Source of the DNA: the human T2T-CHM13v2.0 reference genome, Homo sapiens | Direction: 5' to 3' (one strand) | NCBI RefSeq assembly: GCF_009914755.1 | Contig: NC_060927.1 | DNA: 64,000 nt | Shown here: in pieces, positions 45,901 to 60,318 of the stretch | Position numbering within the stretch: the first letter of the stretch is position 1 | How the letters are laid out: the number at the start of each line of letters is the position of its first letter | Made by a program: the position numbers and the translations under genes | The notes under the pieces: model-generated | The model's database searches: none | What the model saw: only the letters and a program-made list of their open reading frames with translations | What the model was told of the DNA's origin: nothing

Positions 45901-48900
45901 AAAGACAGGTCTGACCTAGCGCTTAAAAAGGAGCTTTCTGGTGGGCTACATTAAACTTCAAAATTATCAATAGGTACTTTTGCTATTTCCTGAGAACTAA
46001 TAATTAACTCATGGACAAATAAGAAATAAAAATAAACTCATCCTGACCATTTCTATTTCTATAGTTATTGGTGAAAACAAAATAAAAGAGAAAATGATCT
46101 GTGTAAAGAGTATTGTAAAAACTGTTTGGAGGGATATTTATTTGGAATGTTCTTTCTTAGTCATAAATGGTTCCATTCCATAGCCAAGACAAAAGCATGC
46201 TGAACAGAAAATGTAATACAAACGGTATTAATTGTAATAAGGGATATGAGTGTTTTATATGGCTTCTAACCTACGTCTAGGATATACTGTTGGAACTTTG
46301 AGCTGAAAAATCAGAATCTTGTGCATCCTAGGTTGCTTCCATATAAACCGATCTTAAGAGTTCCAGCATTTAGGGATGGGAAAGCCTGCACTAGAAGTTA
46401 TATCAGTCAGTGTGAAGATTAAAGAACAAAGTAAAATCAATGAAAAAAGCTTGATCTGACATTTCCTGCCTTTCTTCTGCATAGAATATATGTTCTGTGA
46501 TGGCAAAAACTTTCTCCTAGTTTTAACATTTAAAAACACAGCACTTACATAGAAAGTACACTATCAGAATTGTTCACAATCTAAGAGATTGGACATACAG
46601 AATTCTTATGATTTCAGTCATCTCTTCTGAAAAAAAATGCTGAATATCTTCAAATTTATGTGAAAAGCACACTATTTTATACTGCATTATAGCAGACAAA
46701 TTCAAATTCTGACCACTCCATACTAAAATAACAAATGTATTTAAATTCTCTGGTGTTTCTATAGAAATTTTAAAGAACTTAAGAATTGCAAAAGCTTAAC
46801 ATCTGAAAAACATTATGTCCTGTGTGTAAACCGCTTTTGACAGTTCTTCCTGCAGTACACGAAAAATGCATCAGTGAATCTGTGGTCAATTTAATAAATG
46901 TGCCAATGTATTTAAGCAACAATCTGTATTACTGGTATTGTTTTAATTAATGAGAACTGTGATATACCAACACCAGCTATATACATAGCATTGTTACATG
47001 CATTATTTTTAACGTCGAAAACATTCTCACAAGGTGTATTTTCCTATATTTTGGATTAGAAAATTAAGGCTCTGAGAGTATCAAAACTTGCTCCAGATCA
47101 TTTGGTAAGTACACTGAAGCTCATTCTACATAGATCCAAAGTAAAGCTTCTATAGAGGGCTTTCTTTGAGATAGAGAACAACAGCTTATATTTTCTTTGC
47201 TTCTCACGCCATAAACTACAAATTCACAATATTTTTAAAACGTATAGATCCCCAAACTGAATGGCTGGAAGAACAAATAGGTGCTATCCATGGACCTCCT
47301 TAAGCATATTACATTGAAGTTCCCCCTTCCAGCACACCCCATATTTAAGCCTAACCAATCTGGACATCCAACCTAATGGCCATTAGTCCATGTAACTGTC
47401 AGCAGAAAAAAAACAATGTGTATGTTTACATTTCATATTTGCATGTGTTGTCTGTAGGACTAATGTTGTAAGGTAAATATCCCACATACATTTCTATGAA
47501 GAAGAATGCCTCTTCTCTTCCCATGCAAACATGTGCTTATTATCATGAATGTTTAAAGGTTAATCAGAATATTTATAAGCTTCCCTAATAAAGATGGGGA
47601 AATGTGGCATGATCTTTTATATACATGATGCATGGAACAATACAGTGATGTCATATATCGAGGTGAGAGAAGAGTGACACCATGCATGTGAATAGGCTAA
47701 GGAATAAGAAATCATGGATTCCTTAGTAAATTGTACTCTATCCACTCAAAGAGACAAATTTACATTATTTCCAGCCAGTATTATACAGATTAAGCTCAAC
47801 TGCTTTTGAAATGTTCCCATACAATATGATGCTCTTAAAGGTGACTTAAACAAAAGCCTGTTTCTAATGCAATAGGCTTTTAAAGCTTTGTGATCACCTC
47901 GATTTGTAAGATTTAAGAAGAGTAAACCTGTACCATCTGGTAGTAATTTTGTTAATGCACAACAGATTATTTTACAAGTGTACAATTTATCATATTATCA
48001 AATTCTTTGGTTTTAAGGAGATAAAAACTGAAGTGGTCAGATGTTACCAAGAGCTGTTTGGTTAAAGCAACTAACCTTTAAACAAAAGAATTGCAGAATC
48101 AGCATTTGATTGAGGAGATATTAGCCTCACCATAAAACTTAGAATTATTCTTTGAGAGACAATATTTAAATAAAAGTGATAATGTGGGCAAGATGAAGAA
48201 ATAATGTTAATCTTCACCAATTGCAAGTAATGAAAAGGAAATCTCAATCCCCTGTAAAGTGATCAGATTAAAAATAATTGAAAACTAAAAGCCTTAAGAA
48301 AATTTCTTTGATTTCTGCATTTTGGACTCTGTTTTAAGGAAAGGCTATTGTTTACAATATCTTGTAAAATCAAATGCCCTTTTGAATGTACTATTTGTTT
48401 TTTTTTAAAGATTACAATTCATTTTGCTTGATGTCCACAGAAAGAAAAAAATGCAGTCCATACTATCATAAGCAATCAGAACGATTACAAGCAATTAGAA
48501 AAGTAAACTTTTTAAAAATAGGGAATTACTAAAAAGTATTGATATTTAAATATTTTTTCCAAATTAAAGATAAAATGTATAAACAATTCTTTGAGATAAA
48601 TTCTAAAACTATATTTTAGAGAAATATTTCATCTGATTAATGGAACATTGAGAATTAAATAAACTATTTAGGACATCATCCATGAACCCACAAAAGATTG
48701 TGCCTTTAATTTGGCAAACTACTTTAACCTATAATTAAACAAAGTGCTCCCTGACAGTAGTAACATCCCACTAGTCCTTGGCTATTGGGAGAAATTTAAT
48801 GGCCTGATCAGATATATCAAAGTGCCTGGAAACTGAAGAAACTCTAGCTGCTTGTGTAAGCATATATTTTAAGAAAAAAGTAAGAGAAGAAACAACATTT

Positions 48901-49313
48901 GCATGTCTGCTTTCTATGCTGGGGTGGCAACCTAATCCAAAATTCCTATTGCAGGTTTGTTATTTGACCATGTGTGTTCATTTTGTATCATTTTAATACA
49001 GCACTTCTGCTTAATATACTGTATTATTTTGAATTATGAAGTACAACTTTCTTTTTGGCTGATTACTCCAATTTCTGAGACACTTTCTGCTTTCTGGAAG
49101 GTCTATTTTGACTAATAGATCATGGATGCTAACTAGCAGCATGCAACCATATCAGGTTTCATCTCAGTGATTTTCAAGAGTTGGCGGAATTCCATGTGGA
49201 AGGCAGCATAGGCATACTTGGTGAGGCAGTCCTCTATGTCATCTAATGTTACTTTGACTGAAACTAACATGTGAGTGGAACTAACTTTTGGAAAAGTATG
49301 CAAAACTGTTTTG

Positions 49314-49579
49314 GGTCTGAGTGTGGTGACTCATGCCTATAATCCCAGCCCTACAGAAGACCAACCTTGGCAACATGGTGAGACCCCACCGCCACAAAAA
49401 AAAAAAAAAATAGCTGGATATGGTTGCACATACTGTAGTCCCAGCTACTCACATGGCTGAAGTGGGATGATCACCTGAGCCCAGGAGATTGAGGCTGCAG
49501 TGAGCCATGTTCACACCACAGCACTCCAGCCTGGACGACAGAGAGATACCCTGTCTCAAACAAACAAATAAAACCAAAA
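49314..49579 (+). mobile_element. AluJ with left-arm deletion
   Basis: aatcccagccctacagaagaccaacc joins across a missing block of about 45 nt; J-type right arm (gaggctgcagtgagccatg, ccctgtctc). Confidence 0.85.
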
Positions 49580-51250
49580 GACTTGTTTTTTGGGAAATCC
49601 ATTTGGGGAAAAAAAAAAAAAAAACCTCCAGAATCATCTCAGGAGATTTAAGAGAATACTAACAAACAGTTTGCAACAGTCAAAGTAGGATAGCATGTCA
49701 ACATGGCATGATATCAAAACTGAGGACTTTAATTCATATATAAGTTCATTATAGTACTTAGATGAAACTTGAAAATATATAGTATATTGTTTCCCAAAAG
49801 CACCAGAGATTATTTGTTGAACTAGAAAATATTTTGTCTGGCAATCTTTGGTCTCTACTACCTTACCTCTGCATCTAAACACACTGCACCCCGACTATGG
49901 TCCTGGAGTCAGTTTACGTAAAGATATAAGCACTTTATAAGGAATTAAAATTATGTCTCAAAGGACCTGGACAAAAATGGGCATGCAGATTATACATTAT
50001 AAAGCCCATAAAGGTATATATCTTACACATTGAGACTTATATATTGATGTAAACCTATACATTGATCAAAACAGGATATACTACAGTTTTACAAGTGTTT
50101 GGTTTTTTGATCCACAAAATATCTCATTCAAAAGGTTTGCTTTAATTTCTGAAGTTAAATATCTTTCACCTCTCCAAGTTATTAAATTCAGTGTAGAATG
50201 AACATGAACTGAAAATCAAGACAGGAGAACTTAAAATAACGCTTTATAATGAGGCTGTTATCAACAGTCCTCAAAATACTTTTGACTACTGTGGTTTGAT
50301 TCTCATAAGGATCCTAATAAACAGGCAAAGAAGATATCATTATCTGAATATTTTCAACAATTGACCAGACTTGACCAAGGTCTGGTTGTTAGGGCAGTTT
50401 CAAAAATGTGCTTTGGACATAACAGACCTTTCCCAAGATGGTCATAGATTAAGCTTAACTTACTATTTAAATTGCTGCAATTTATTTTCTTTTTTGAATG
50501 AGATTGTGTGACAACCTCCAATATTCAGTCATTTAAGATGAATTTCTATATGTTCGTAATAACATGCAGAATGTACAAAATAATTAAATCAACATAAGGC
50601 CATCCCCATACCTAACGGATAAATAAGCAGGGAAATTTATTAAACCCTATATATTTAAAATACTATTTTCAATGCTGTTACCAAGATAGGAAATACTAAA
50701 TTTAGAACACAAAACAAATGGAAAAATTATATGAAATAAATCCATGAAAACCCTTTGTTGTTGAGTTTTTTGTTAAGATATATCGTAATCAAATTTAAGT
50801 GTCATTTTAGATGGGTTGATCAGATCTAGTCTGTCAGGGGAAAAATCCCAGGAAGAACTCTTACGATGGGAGACTCCACACTAATCCATTATGTGACTCA
50901 GCGTAAACCAACGGGCTTGGCATCTATTTCTCCCTGAAAACGAAGGACCTTGCCTATTCACAATCTCTCAACTCAGCTCCATCTCTAAGATTCTATATCA
51001 GTATGTCACACTTATAGCAATGTATTTACTCACATAATTAACTTGTGTAGTATCTCCTATTTTTAAGCCAAAAAAAATCATGTTTTAGAAAAAAGAAATG
51101 GTGTGGATGATACTCTCTTCCCATTTTGTCGGAGAGTAAGATAAGAAATACGTAATTGTATGTGGAAATAAAATTAACAAAATCATATATATTCAAATTA
51201 GCAACTTTTCATTCCTGAGTACCCTAAAAGACTAAATTTCTGACTTATAT

Positions 51251-51575
51251 TTCATTCATTTAACACTTTTTCGAACACATGAGCTTCGAACATAAGACAG
51301 ACATGAGGAATACAGGTGGACTTTCATATGTTTTATGTGTATTAGATAAGTAATATATAAATCATAATTTAGAATAGATTATAAGAGAAGTACTTGGTAA
51401 AAGGAAAACAAACAGATAACAGGAAGAAGAAATCTAGTGTGGGTATTTGGGTGGGATTTTGCTGATGGCTCCTCTGAGGAAGTTGTCTTTGAGATCTGAA
51501 AAATGAGTGTGTTAGACAAAGTGGGTAGAAGAACAGAACATTACAGATAGAAAACCACATGCCAAGACTCTCATA
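51251..51575 (-). mobile_element. L2 3' fragment
   Basis: ttcattcatttaaca start; cctctgaggaag...ttgagatctgaa...catgccaagac. Confidence 0.55.
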
Positions 51576-52399
51576 TATCGGTATACCAAGCTGTTGGCAT
51601 GCAAGCTTTCAAATGCACATGTAACATATGAATAGTGAAAAGACAGAGCAAGAACCCAATGCTCACTGAAATTATCTTTTTAATTGTATTGTCATCTAAA
51701 CTAATTTGTGTGCCAGAACTGAGAATGCTTTAGTTTACTGCAATCCTTTCAAAAGAGTGCTTGGACTTCACAGGTAGGTGTAAAATGCTTGGCTTTCTTT
51801 TTTCTAGTTTCAGGGTCCAAACATGATAAGTGTATGTGTAATTATTTAAATAAAATTGCAAGTGTGTGGAAAGTTTCAGGATGTTCCTTGAGAAGAGAAA
51901 CCAGCCTTTCTTAACCAGTACTTTGCATCTGAATCACATAATTTCTCAATTCCCCTAAGGATAATACGTAACTAGAACTGTTCTCGATGCATGGGAAAGA
52001 AGTTGATTCATTACACATGGTGGGTACCTTTAGGGCATTAGGACAGAATTCTCCTGTGGAATAACCAGTTGATGATAGCATTGCCCAATAAAGGTACACA
52101 TAGAACTTGAATCAGTTTCTTAATTTCAGTGTTAGTCTAAACACTTTACTTACTCATAATGTTCACCCAAAATACCCCTAGTGATTCTGTGGCAACTGAA
52201 AATTCTCACAGTGGTGAATCAGATATAGATAGAAGTACAGGCAGAGGAGATAGAAAGCTGGATCTTCGTTCACATACATTTATATCATCTTCTTGCTTCT
52301 TGAAGAAAATTGGAATTGTTATGGCATGAGTAGTTTTGGATTTTCCTTTTCCATCAAGATTTAGATGACTAAATATATTCAGAGTTCAAATAGGTATAC

Positions 52400-52665
52400 T
52401 AACAACAATAATAAAGAGAACACCATTACTAATAGGTATTAAGTGTGTCACCATTTACAATGACATTTAACATGCATTTTCTCGCTGAATTCCCTCAACG
52501 ACACACTGAACTAATCTAGGTATGATTAGACAATTCATTTCACAGATGGAAACAATGAAATGTATAGAGATCAAATGTCTTCCATAAGATCAGGCATTTA
52601 ATAGGTGTTGAAACCTGAAATTATAATGTGGTCTTATAATGCCCAAGCCTATGCTTTGTTCTACT
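52400..52665 (-). mobile_element. MIR
   Basis: catttcacagatggaaacaatga...caagcctatgct; diverged reverse MIR. Confidence 0.6.
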
Positions 52666-53603
52666 AATCCCCAGTGTTTCAATTATTAAATATAAAAATT
52701 AAGATAGACAGGAAAAATTATTTTTAAGTCATTTATTCAATCCAATGACTGGTACAATAAAGTTGTGTTGACTTACCATATTTAAATCCCAAATAGAAAA
52801 TTTATTTTGGAAAATAAATAGAATACATAATATGCATTGACACTTTATGTAAGATGAACCCCAAAAAAATCTATTTCAGGTTTACTACTCAGGTTTCCTT
52901 TGACCTTCACACAACAGAGCTATGTATTTATTTTGCAGAAACAGAAATTTAACTTCTTAGGGAAAAGGGGCTTTATGACATCAGCTGTATTAAGTATGTT
53001 AATTTCCTCTAGGGGAGAGGAGGGGAAGAGGAAGCAAAAGACATTGAACAATGAAAGAAATTGGAAGAGCAGACGAAAGCACTAATCGAAGGAAGGGAGG
53101 AGAAGCAGATGGCGTAGGAAGGAGACATGTGGGAATTGGGAGGAAAGGAAGCAATTGGCAAGGAGTGGGCTGAATGCCAAATTTGTGAAGGATCTGAAGG
53201 GCACTGGGGATTTGGATGGGATGTGAGTCAGCTGCTTTTTACCAAAATATCACACCAACAATGGAAATCAAAGAAACCTACAAAGACACACAGGAAGCAG
53301 AAAAGGACTAGGAAAAGACCTGATGACATACTCCATTCTAATAATTTTACCTCGTCAGCATGGGAATGGGAAGCGTTAAATAGTTATTTTTGGTTTATTG
53401 GTTTTGTTTTGTTTTTTACTGCATAACTAAATTGTTCTCCTATCTTCATTATGGATTTTCAAAACTTTAACTTGCTTTTGAAAGAAATGATACAGATAAA
53501 ACCCTTCTATATATTTTAGCTATTTTTTACTTACCTTATATAAATGTGATTTGTTATTCACTATCACTCATACACAAAACAATTCGTTTAAACCATCTAG
53601 GAT

Positions 53604-53715
53604 TACAGTGACCAACTGTCCCCATTTTCCCAGACCTGAGAGATTTCCTGGGAATAGAATTCTCATTTCTAACACCAGGACCATCCTGGGCAAACCAGAA
53701 TGGTTGGTTTTCCTA
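53604..53715. mobile_element. MER81 (hAT-Blackjack MITE)
   Basis: tacagtgaccaactgtccc...ctgggcaaaccagaatggttggttttccta; about 112 bp with decayed terminal inverted repeats matching TAGGGTGACCAAC...GTTGGTCACCCTA. Confidence 0.75.
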
Positions 53716-55059
53716 GGTAAGGTAAAAATCTTAAGAAAAAACTACTAAATATACTTGTTCATTATGCTAAAGCATACTGATGCTGTAAATTTTTTTTCTA
53801 CCTTTTGCAAAGAAGAATGGATAAAATCTTAATTCAGCTATGCAATAAGTAGATGAAATGAAAAAAATAGTTACTGATTGGATAACAGCTTTGATGAAAA
53901 TAAATATCTTACAAACAAATTCTTTCCCCATCATCTAAATTATTTTTTCAATCAAGTAAAAACAGTTGTAGACATAGAGAATATTTGTGGCATGCTACTG
54001 TAAGGACAGTAGGAAGAAGAATAAACAACTCAGCATAACTTATCTCAAGGAATAATATAAGTCATTCAAAAATGCTTAAGTCACAAAGGCTCATATCAGC
54101 TAAGAATTTGAAGCATGAAAAGATGAGTGTCTTTTAAGCTCTTCTTCTTAATAAAATGAAATAATTCGGGATAAATGATCGACAAAGGTTATCATGAAGA
54201 AAATATTTTTGAAATTTCAGAATTGAGTCTAGGCAGAGCTTAATATTTATACTGTGTTGCTAATGTGTTAGTTTTTACTGTATTTTATTATATCTATACA
54301 AAATTCCCCAGTCACTACATTAATAATATTTTACTTAACTCAATTTTTCATTTGTTATATAATATCTCATAATTGCTTACTTTTTTCAACAATAACTTTT
54401 GAAATGTGTGCAGCTAATGATATTAGAACCTGGCTAACTCACAATTTGGACTGATAACTACAAAGCATATTCAGTTGAATAACTTACTGATTTATAATAT
54501 CCTTTTCAACATAAATCCTTCTTTTCCTAAGTGGCAAATGATGACAGTTAATTGTTTTCTTTAGATAACCTCTACTATCTTTTTAGGTAAGACTTCTAGT
54601 CTTCAGAATAAATAATTTTAGGTTGTCTGAGCTATAATATTTGGCCAAATTTGACCATTTCTGTGTCATCTTTTAAAAAACTACTCAATTTTTCAAATTT
54701 AAAAACCTTTGTTATGTTATAGATTTCAATACTGAACATAATATGGACTAGTTCTTGAACATGCCAAACCCCGGTTTCAAGACCACCACAACTTCCATTC
54801 TGTGAACTAATCTCTCCAAATCATTGAACATTAAAAACAGTACTTCATAATGGAAACTAAGAGATACTGTCATCCTGAGTCAAAATTTGCACTGATAGCA
54901 TAGCAGAGTTGTTATATATGTTGCAGAATCTATAGGACCCTATAAAAAATGTTATGAGTCAAAAAAATGCAAGTGCCCCCTTGGTTGCCCTCTCTTCCCT
55001 AACCAGCCAATTTAGATGTAGTGACTGCATTAGCAGAATTTTTAGTATGTAACTGACAA

Positions 55060-55170
55060 GATTCTTGGCAGGATTAAATGGGTGAATATACATAAAGTGC
55101 TTGTAATAGGACCTGGCACACAGCAAGTGCTATAATAAGTGCTTACTATTATCATCATCATCATCATCTC
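55060..55170 (+). mobile_element. MIR 3' end with (ATC)n tail
   Basis: aggattaaatg...taaagtgctt...cctggcacacagcaagtgct...tattatcatcatc. Confidence 0.75.
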
Positions 55171-55434
55171 CTTCTTCTTCACCTTCTTCATAAGACTAAA
55201 TTGACAAGCATAAGTGTACCCTAATGTAAAGAAAATAGCTTAGGCACTGTGTTTTCAAGTGGATAAAATGAGATGATATAAAACATATAATACATAGCAA
55301 GTTCTTAATATGCAATAGCTATTGTTATTATTCTCTCTAAAAATTGACATTTATTTAAATTTAATAAAATAAAATTTAAATAAATTTAAATAATTTTTAT
55401 TTAAAATTTTTCAGATTAAAAAGCAACTTATTTC

Positions 55435-55764
<330 letters not shown>

Positions 55765-58566
55765 AAAAGGAACTTTTTTCAATTGACTTTCATGACACAC
55801 TTATGCAGAAGAGCTAAATACAAGGCCTTAAATCCTAACTTGCAACATTCAATAAACATATCATATATACTATGAACAGATATTGAAAATATACTATTGT
55901 TTCTGTAAATATTCATTTACTAATCTAAAACAAAAGGTTTAATTACTACTTGTCAATTAGCAGATCTCATATAAATACACAAAAGTATCATTTTCTGTTA
56001 GTATAATGGTATTGATTTATGATCTTATTTTTAACATATATTAAGATAAACTATACAGTTGCTCTTGTCTCATCAGTTATCACCTAGGTACTATTAAATA
56101 CCTTAATATTTTATTTCATAAGCACATTTGTTTTTATGCTTGTAATAGTCAATTAAATAAATTTTATTTATAAGCCATCCTCCATAAGAGATCAGCAATT
56201 TTATCTCTATGCCTGCAATTCCTGCAGCTACCACCAGGTTCATTTTATAGAAATCCAATACAAAGTATGAGAAATTGATGCCTGGAACTTGGTGCAATTG
56301 TCTGTGACCCAAAGAAACTGTGCTAATTTATAACAAACTTACTTTTTTGCTGAGATAAAAATATTAAAATTGTCTAAGAAAACAAACATAGAATAAGTGG
56401 CAAATTTTAAAACAAACAAACTAGGAAAATATTTGTGATGTCTACTTTAAATGTTTTAACTTTTTCCTTAATGAGGAAGGCAATTTTAGTTTTTAGATTG
56501 AACAAAATAATTATTTTTTCAATACTTGGTGTTAACTTTTTCCCAATCTTAGTATTTTCTTTTTTCCACCCTAATAAAGTATCTTGAACTTAAATGCAAT
56601 ATTTCTAAAAAGTAGTGAAATTTTTAAAAATCGCTCTTTGTGAGGTATTTTCAAAGACATCCAAAAGAACACTTTAGTCCTCCGATTCATCTGTATAAGA
56701 AAATTTCATTTATTAACAATGATGGATATGATTAAGTCTCAAACACATGAAGTAAATCAATTTAATCTAGCCTACCAGTTAAACTACTTTTATTTCTGAC
56801 TCTAAATATAAATACTAATGTCTAGAAAAGAAAGAACACTAGAGACAAACATCATTTAAGGCCTCTTTCAAATGATTCTAAGAAATATGTGCCAAAAAAG
56901 TTCTAAAAGACTCTCCTATCATGTAAGAGAATAAGAAAATGTTATTTATATATTCCTGGTTTATAATCATCCAGGATCTAAAATTTGGCTCAGAATCCAG
57001 GTCAATGTAAGAAGAAATGAATTAAGAACTTAAAAAAAATACAGGTGCAGCTATAATTCAACTACATATTTCCCCTTTTTGTAGGGTGTGTCTTTGTTCT
57101 CACAGCTGGGAGAGGTGTACTTTAAATTTTCAACAAAGAAAGCCACCACATTAAAGAACTCTAGAAATTCCTATAACCAAAACTGTAGCAATAAGCATGC
57201 AATCTTCAATTGTCTTTCATAACGATATTATGTGCTTTAATCTTCTGTTCATCTGCACTCAGCACATTTGGCAAAGTACATTAACAACAGAGATGAAAAC
57301 ACTCATTTGAATACAAAGCTTAGGAAAGAAGAATCACGTACAATGACTAATAACCAACATGTTTTAAGAATTTATTTTCACTATTAAAAAAAAAACTGGA
57401 AATAATGTCATGTATTCTGTTTATGTTCTAAGTTTTTGTTTTAATTATTCAATTTCAGTTTTGCCTAAAGGAAGAAAATAAAACAAAAACAATTATGATC
57501 TACATAAGATCAGTGATTTTGAACCCAAACTGCTGATTTTTAATGTATTCCTTTTCCCAAATGTATAAATGTGCTTTTTACCTCCAGTGTTTTATCAGTT
57601 CCACAGTCATAATTTATACAAAACACACAGATGGTCTTAGAAATAGTAAAAGTTTCAGATGTTACAACTTCCTAGCATATGGAACACCATCATGGATCAT
57701 CATTTTGGCAGCATGTAAATGATTTAAAAGTTATTTATATATTAACATCTTGGCATCATTTCATAGTCATAGGTTTTTACAACTTTAAACTGTTTGATTC
57801 CTTGTTGTAGGTGGTTCTTACATTGACTAGAAGCTACTGATGGCGTGGGGGAACTGGTGCTCTTTAATTAGAGGACAGCATCCCCTTAGACAGCAAAAGT
57901 AAATGAAGATTCTATAATAAATTACATATTTTGGCATAAGCAATAAAATGTCATCTAGTTCACTATATGATACATCAGGGAGTTCCAAGAATTTTTAAAA
58001 ATCAAATTTATTATAGTGATTTTAAATGGTGAATGTCACAAAAAATTAACACATACACAAGCATACACACAAAATATAACCTTTAAAATTAACTGAGATC
58101 TTTCAAAACGCAAGACTACAATCACCATTATTTTTTATCTAGTGTATGGAACATGACATTAAAAAGAGTCGTCTATGCTCTGTGTCTAGTTTTGATCTTT
58201 CCAGTCTGTCTTGAACTGTTCAGTGAGGTCTGAACCCCCACCCCTCCCCTGAAACGGCTCTTGTCAAGGTCATTTATGACTGCTTACCAAGTTGTTAAAT
58301 CCAGTGGTGAATTCTTAATCCTCATCATTACTCCATCTACCAGCTGTAATTGACTCAGTCACCGACACCTCCTTCAAATCGTCTTTACTTGGCGGCCCTT
58401 CTAACTCTCCTCCTTTCTCAGTGACTGCTCCCTCTCAGTTTCCACTGCCCTTTCTGCCTCTTCTCCATGAGAACTAAGCATTGAACCGCTTTGCCTTTCT
58501 ATCTGCAATCATTCCCTTGGTGATTGCAGTCTCCTGTTTTAAATAACACGTAAGAACTGATGACTC

Positions 58567-58971
58567 CTATATTCATCAGGATATGCTATGCTATATGTGC
58601 TAAAAAAATCCTCAGTGACTTAATCAACAAAGATTTATTTCTCATTCATTTTACATGTCCATCTTGAGACGACAGGTGTGGGGTAGAAAGTTCTACACAT
58701 AACTCAGGGGCTCAGGCTCTCAGGGTGTCTTCCACGTTGCAGTTGCACTACCTAAATAAGACAAGTAGCTTCCTTGGTTGCAGAGTGGTAAAGAGAGTAC
58801 TGGAGTATTTAAACCACTAGTATTTAATTTCTTTAATTGTCACTCACAACCCATGAAGCTGAAAAAGTCAAACAGGTCTGCCGGACAGCAAAAAAGCTGG
58901 GAAGTAGAGTGTTTCATCCGCCAGAAGGACGGGAGAACTGCATAGTAATGAGTACTTGTATGCCTACCACG
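58567..58971 (-). mobile_element. MLT1-family (MaLR) solo LTR, sense to ROBO1
   Basis: tcaggatatgcta...ctcagtgacttaatcaacaaagatttatttctcattca...tacatgtccatc...gcctaccac resembles reverse MLT1I-L; splits the L2. Confidence 0.65.
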
Positions 58972-59786
58972 ATGTAATTTTTTCTCCAACCTTAACCTCA
59001 ATTCTGAATTTCTGACTCATGTATCCAACTGCCTATTTGACAATTATACTTGGATATCCAATAAGCATTTCAAAATTACCATGTCTAAAACTAAGCTCCT
59101 GATACTTCCCATCCCAAATCTTCCCCTATAATCTATGGCATCTCAGTTAATGGCATCTATACCATTTCAGTTGAGCAGGCCAATTAATTAGGAGGTCCTT
59201 GACTTTTCCCTTTTGCTCACAAACACATCCAGTCTGTTAGCAAATTCTGTTGGCTATTGCTTTGTAGTATATTCAGAATCTAGCCACTCCTCACTACCTT
59301 CCCATCCTAACAGCCTGGTTCAAACCACCATTTGTCTCTTACCCAGATTACCCTGAGAGCTCTTAGTGGTTCTCCCTGCCTCTACCATTGCCACGTTTCA
59401 GTGTGTTCTCAAGAGAGCAGAGGCTTCCCACCTTACTTAGAAGAAAAGCCAAACTATCTACAACACCTGTAAGAGCCTACGCAGTTGGACAATTATTAAA
59501 TTCATAGCCTTTTTAAAAAGGCTACCCCCTGATTGTATCTCCTATAAATCTTTACTCATTCTGTTCAACCAACACTGATTTTTTACTCTCTAGTGAATGC
59601 GTTAGGTATACCCCACCTTAGGGTTTTTCTATTTAATATTTTATCTGCCTAGAATACCCTTTTTCCAGACACTTGTATAGTTGATTCCATCAATTTTTTG
59701 AGGTTTTTATGTGAGGCATTCTCTCTAATCAGCCTATTTAAAATTTCAATCCCACCTGAACCCTAATGAATTCATCTACCTCTTCA

Positions 59787-59941
59787 CTATTTTTAATAGG
59801 ACTTACTAGAGTTTAACTTACTGTATGTTACACTTATTTATTTTGGTTTTTGTCTGTATACTCTTTCTCTATTTTTATAGGATTTATTATAGTTTAATTT
59901 ACTGTATATTACACTTATTTATTTTGGTTTTGTCTGTATAC
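59787..59941. repeat. Tandem duplication, period about 81 bp
   Basis: ctattttt(a)ataggaYttaYta..gtttaaYttactgtatRttacacttatttattttggtttt(t)gtctgtatac at 59787-59861 and 59869-59941. Confidence 0.92.
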
Positions 59942-60020
59942 GCACTCATAAAATGTAAGCTCCAGCAGAACACTCACTGAGTTTTGATCAAGTTGCATCT
60001 CCAGGGCTAAGAATTTTGTT

Positions 60021-60318
<298 letters not shown>

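Larger units (their letters stand above)
58180..60010 (+). mobile_element. Long L2 relic interrupted by an MLT1 LTR
   Basis: ctcttgtcaaggtca, aaatccagtggt, gtatccaactgcctatttgaca, ccatgtctaaaactaagctcctga, aatgtaagctcca: L2 ORF2/3' motifs in order. Confidence 0.75.

Noticed and set aside
55345-55410. AT-only inverted repeats
   Set aside because: Low-complexity sequence in which such stems arise trivially.
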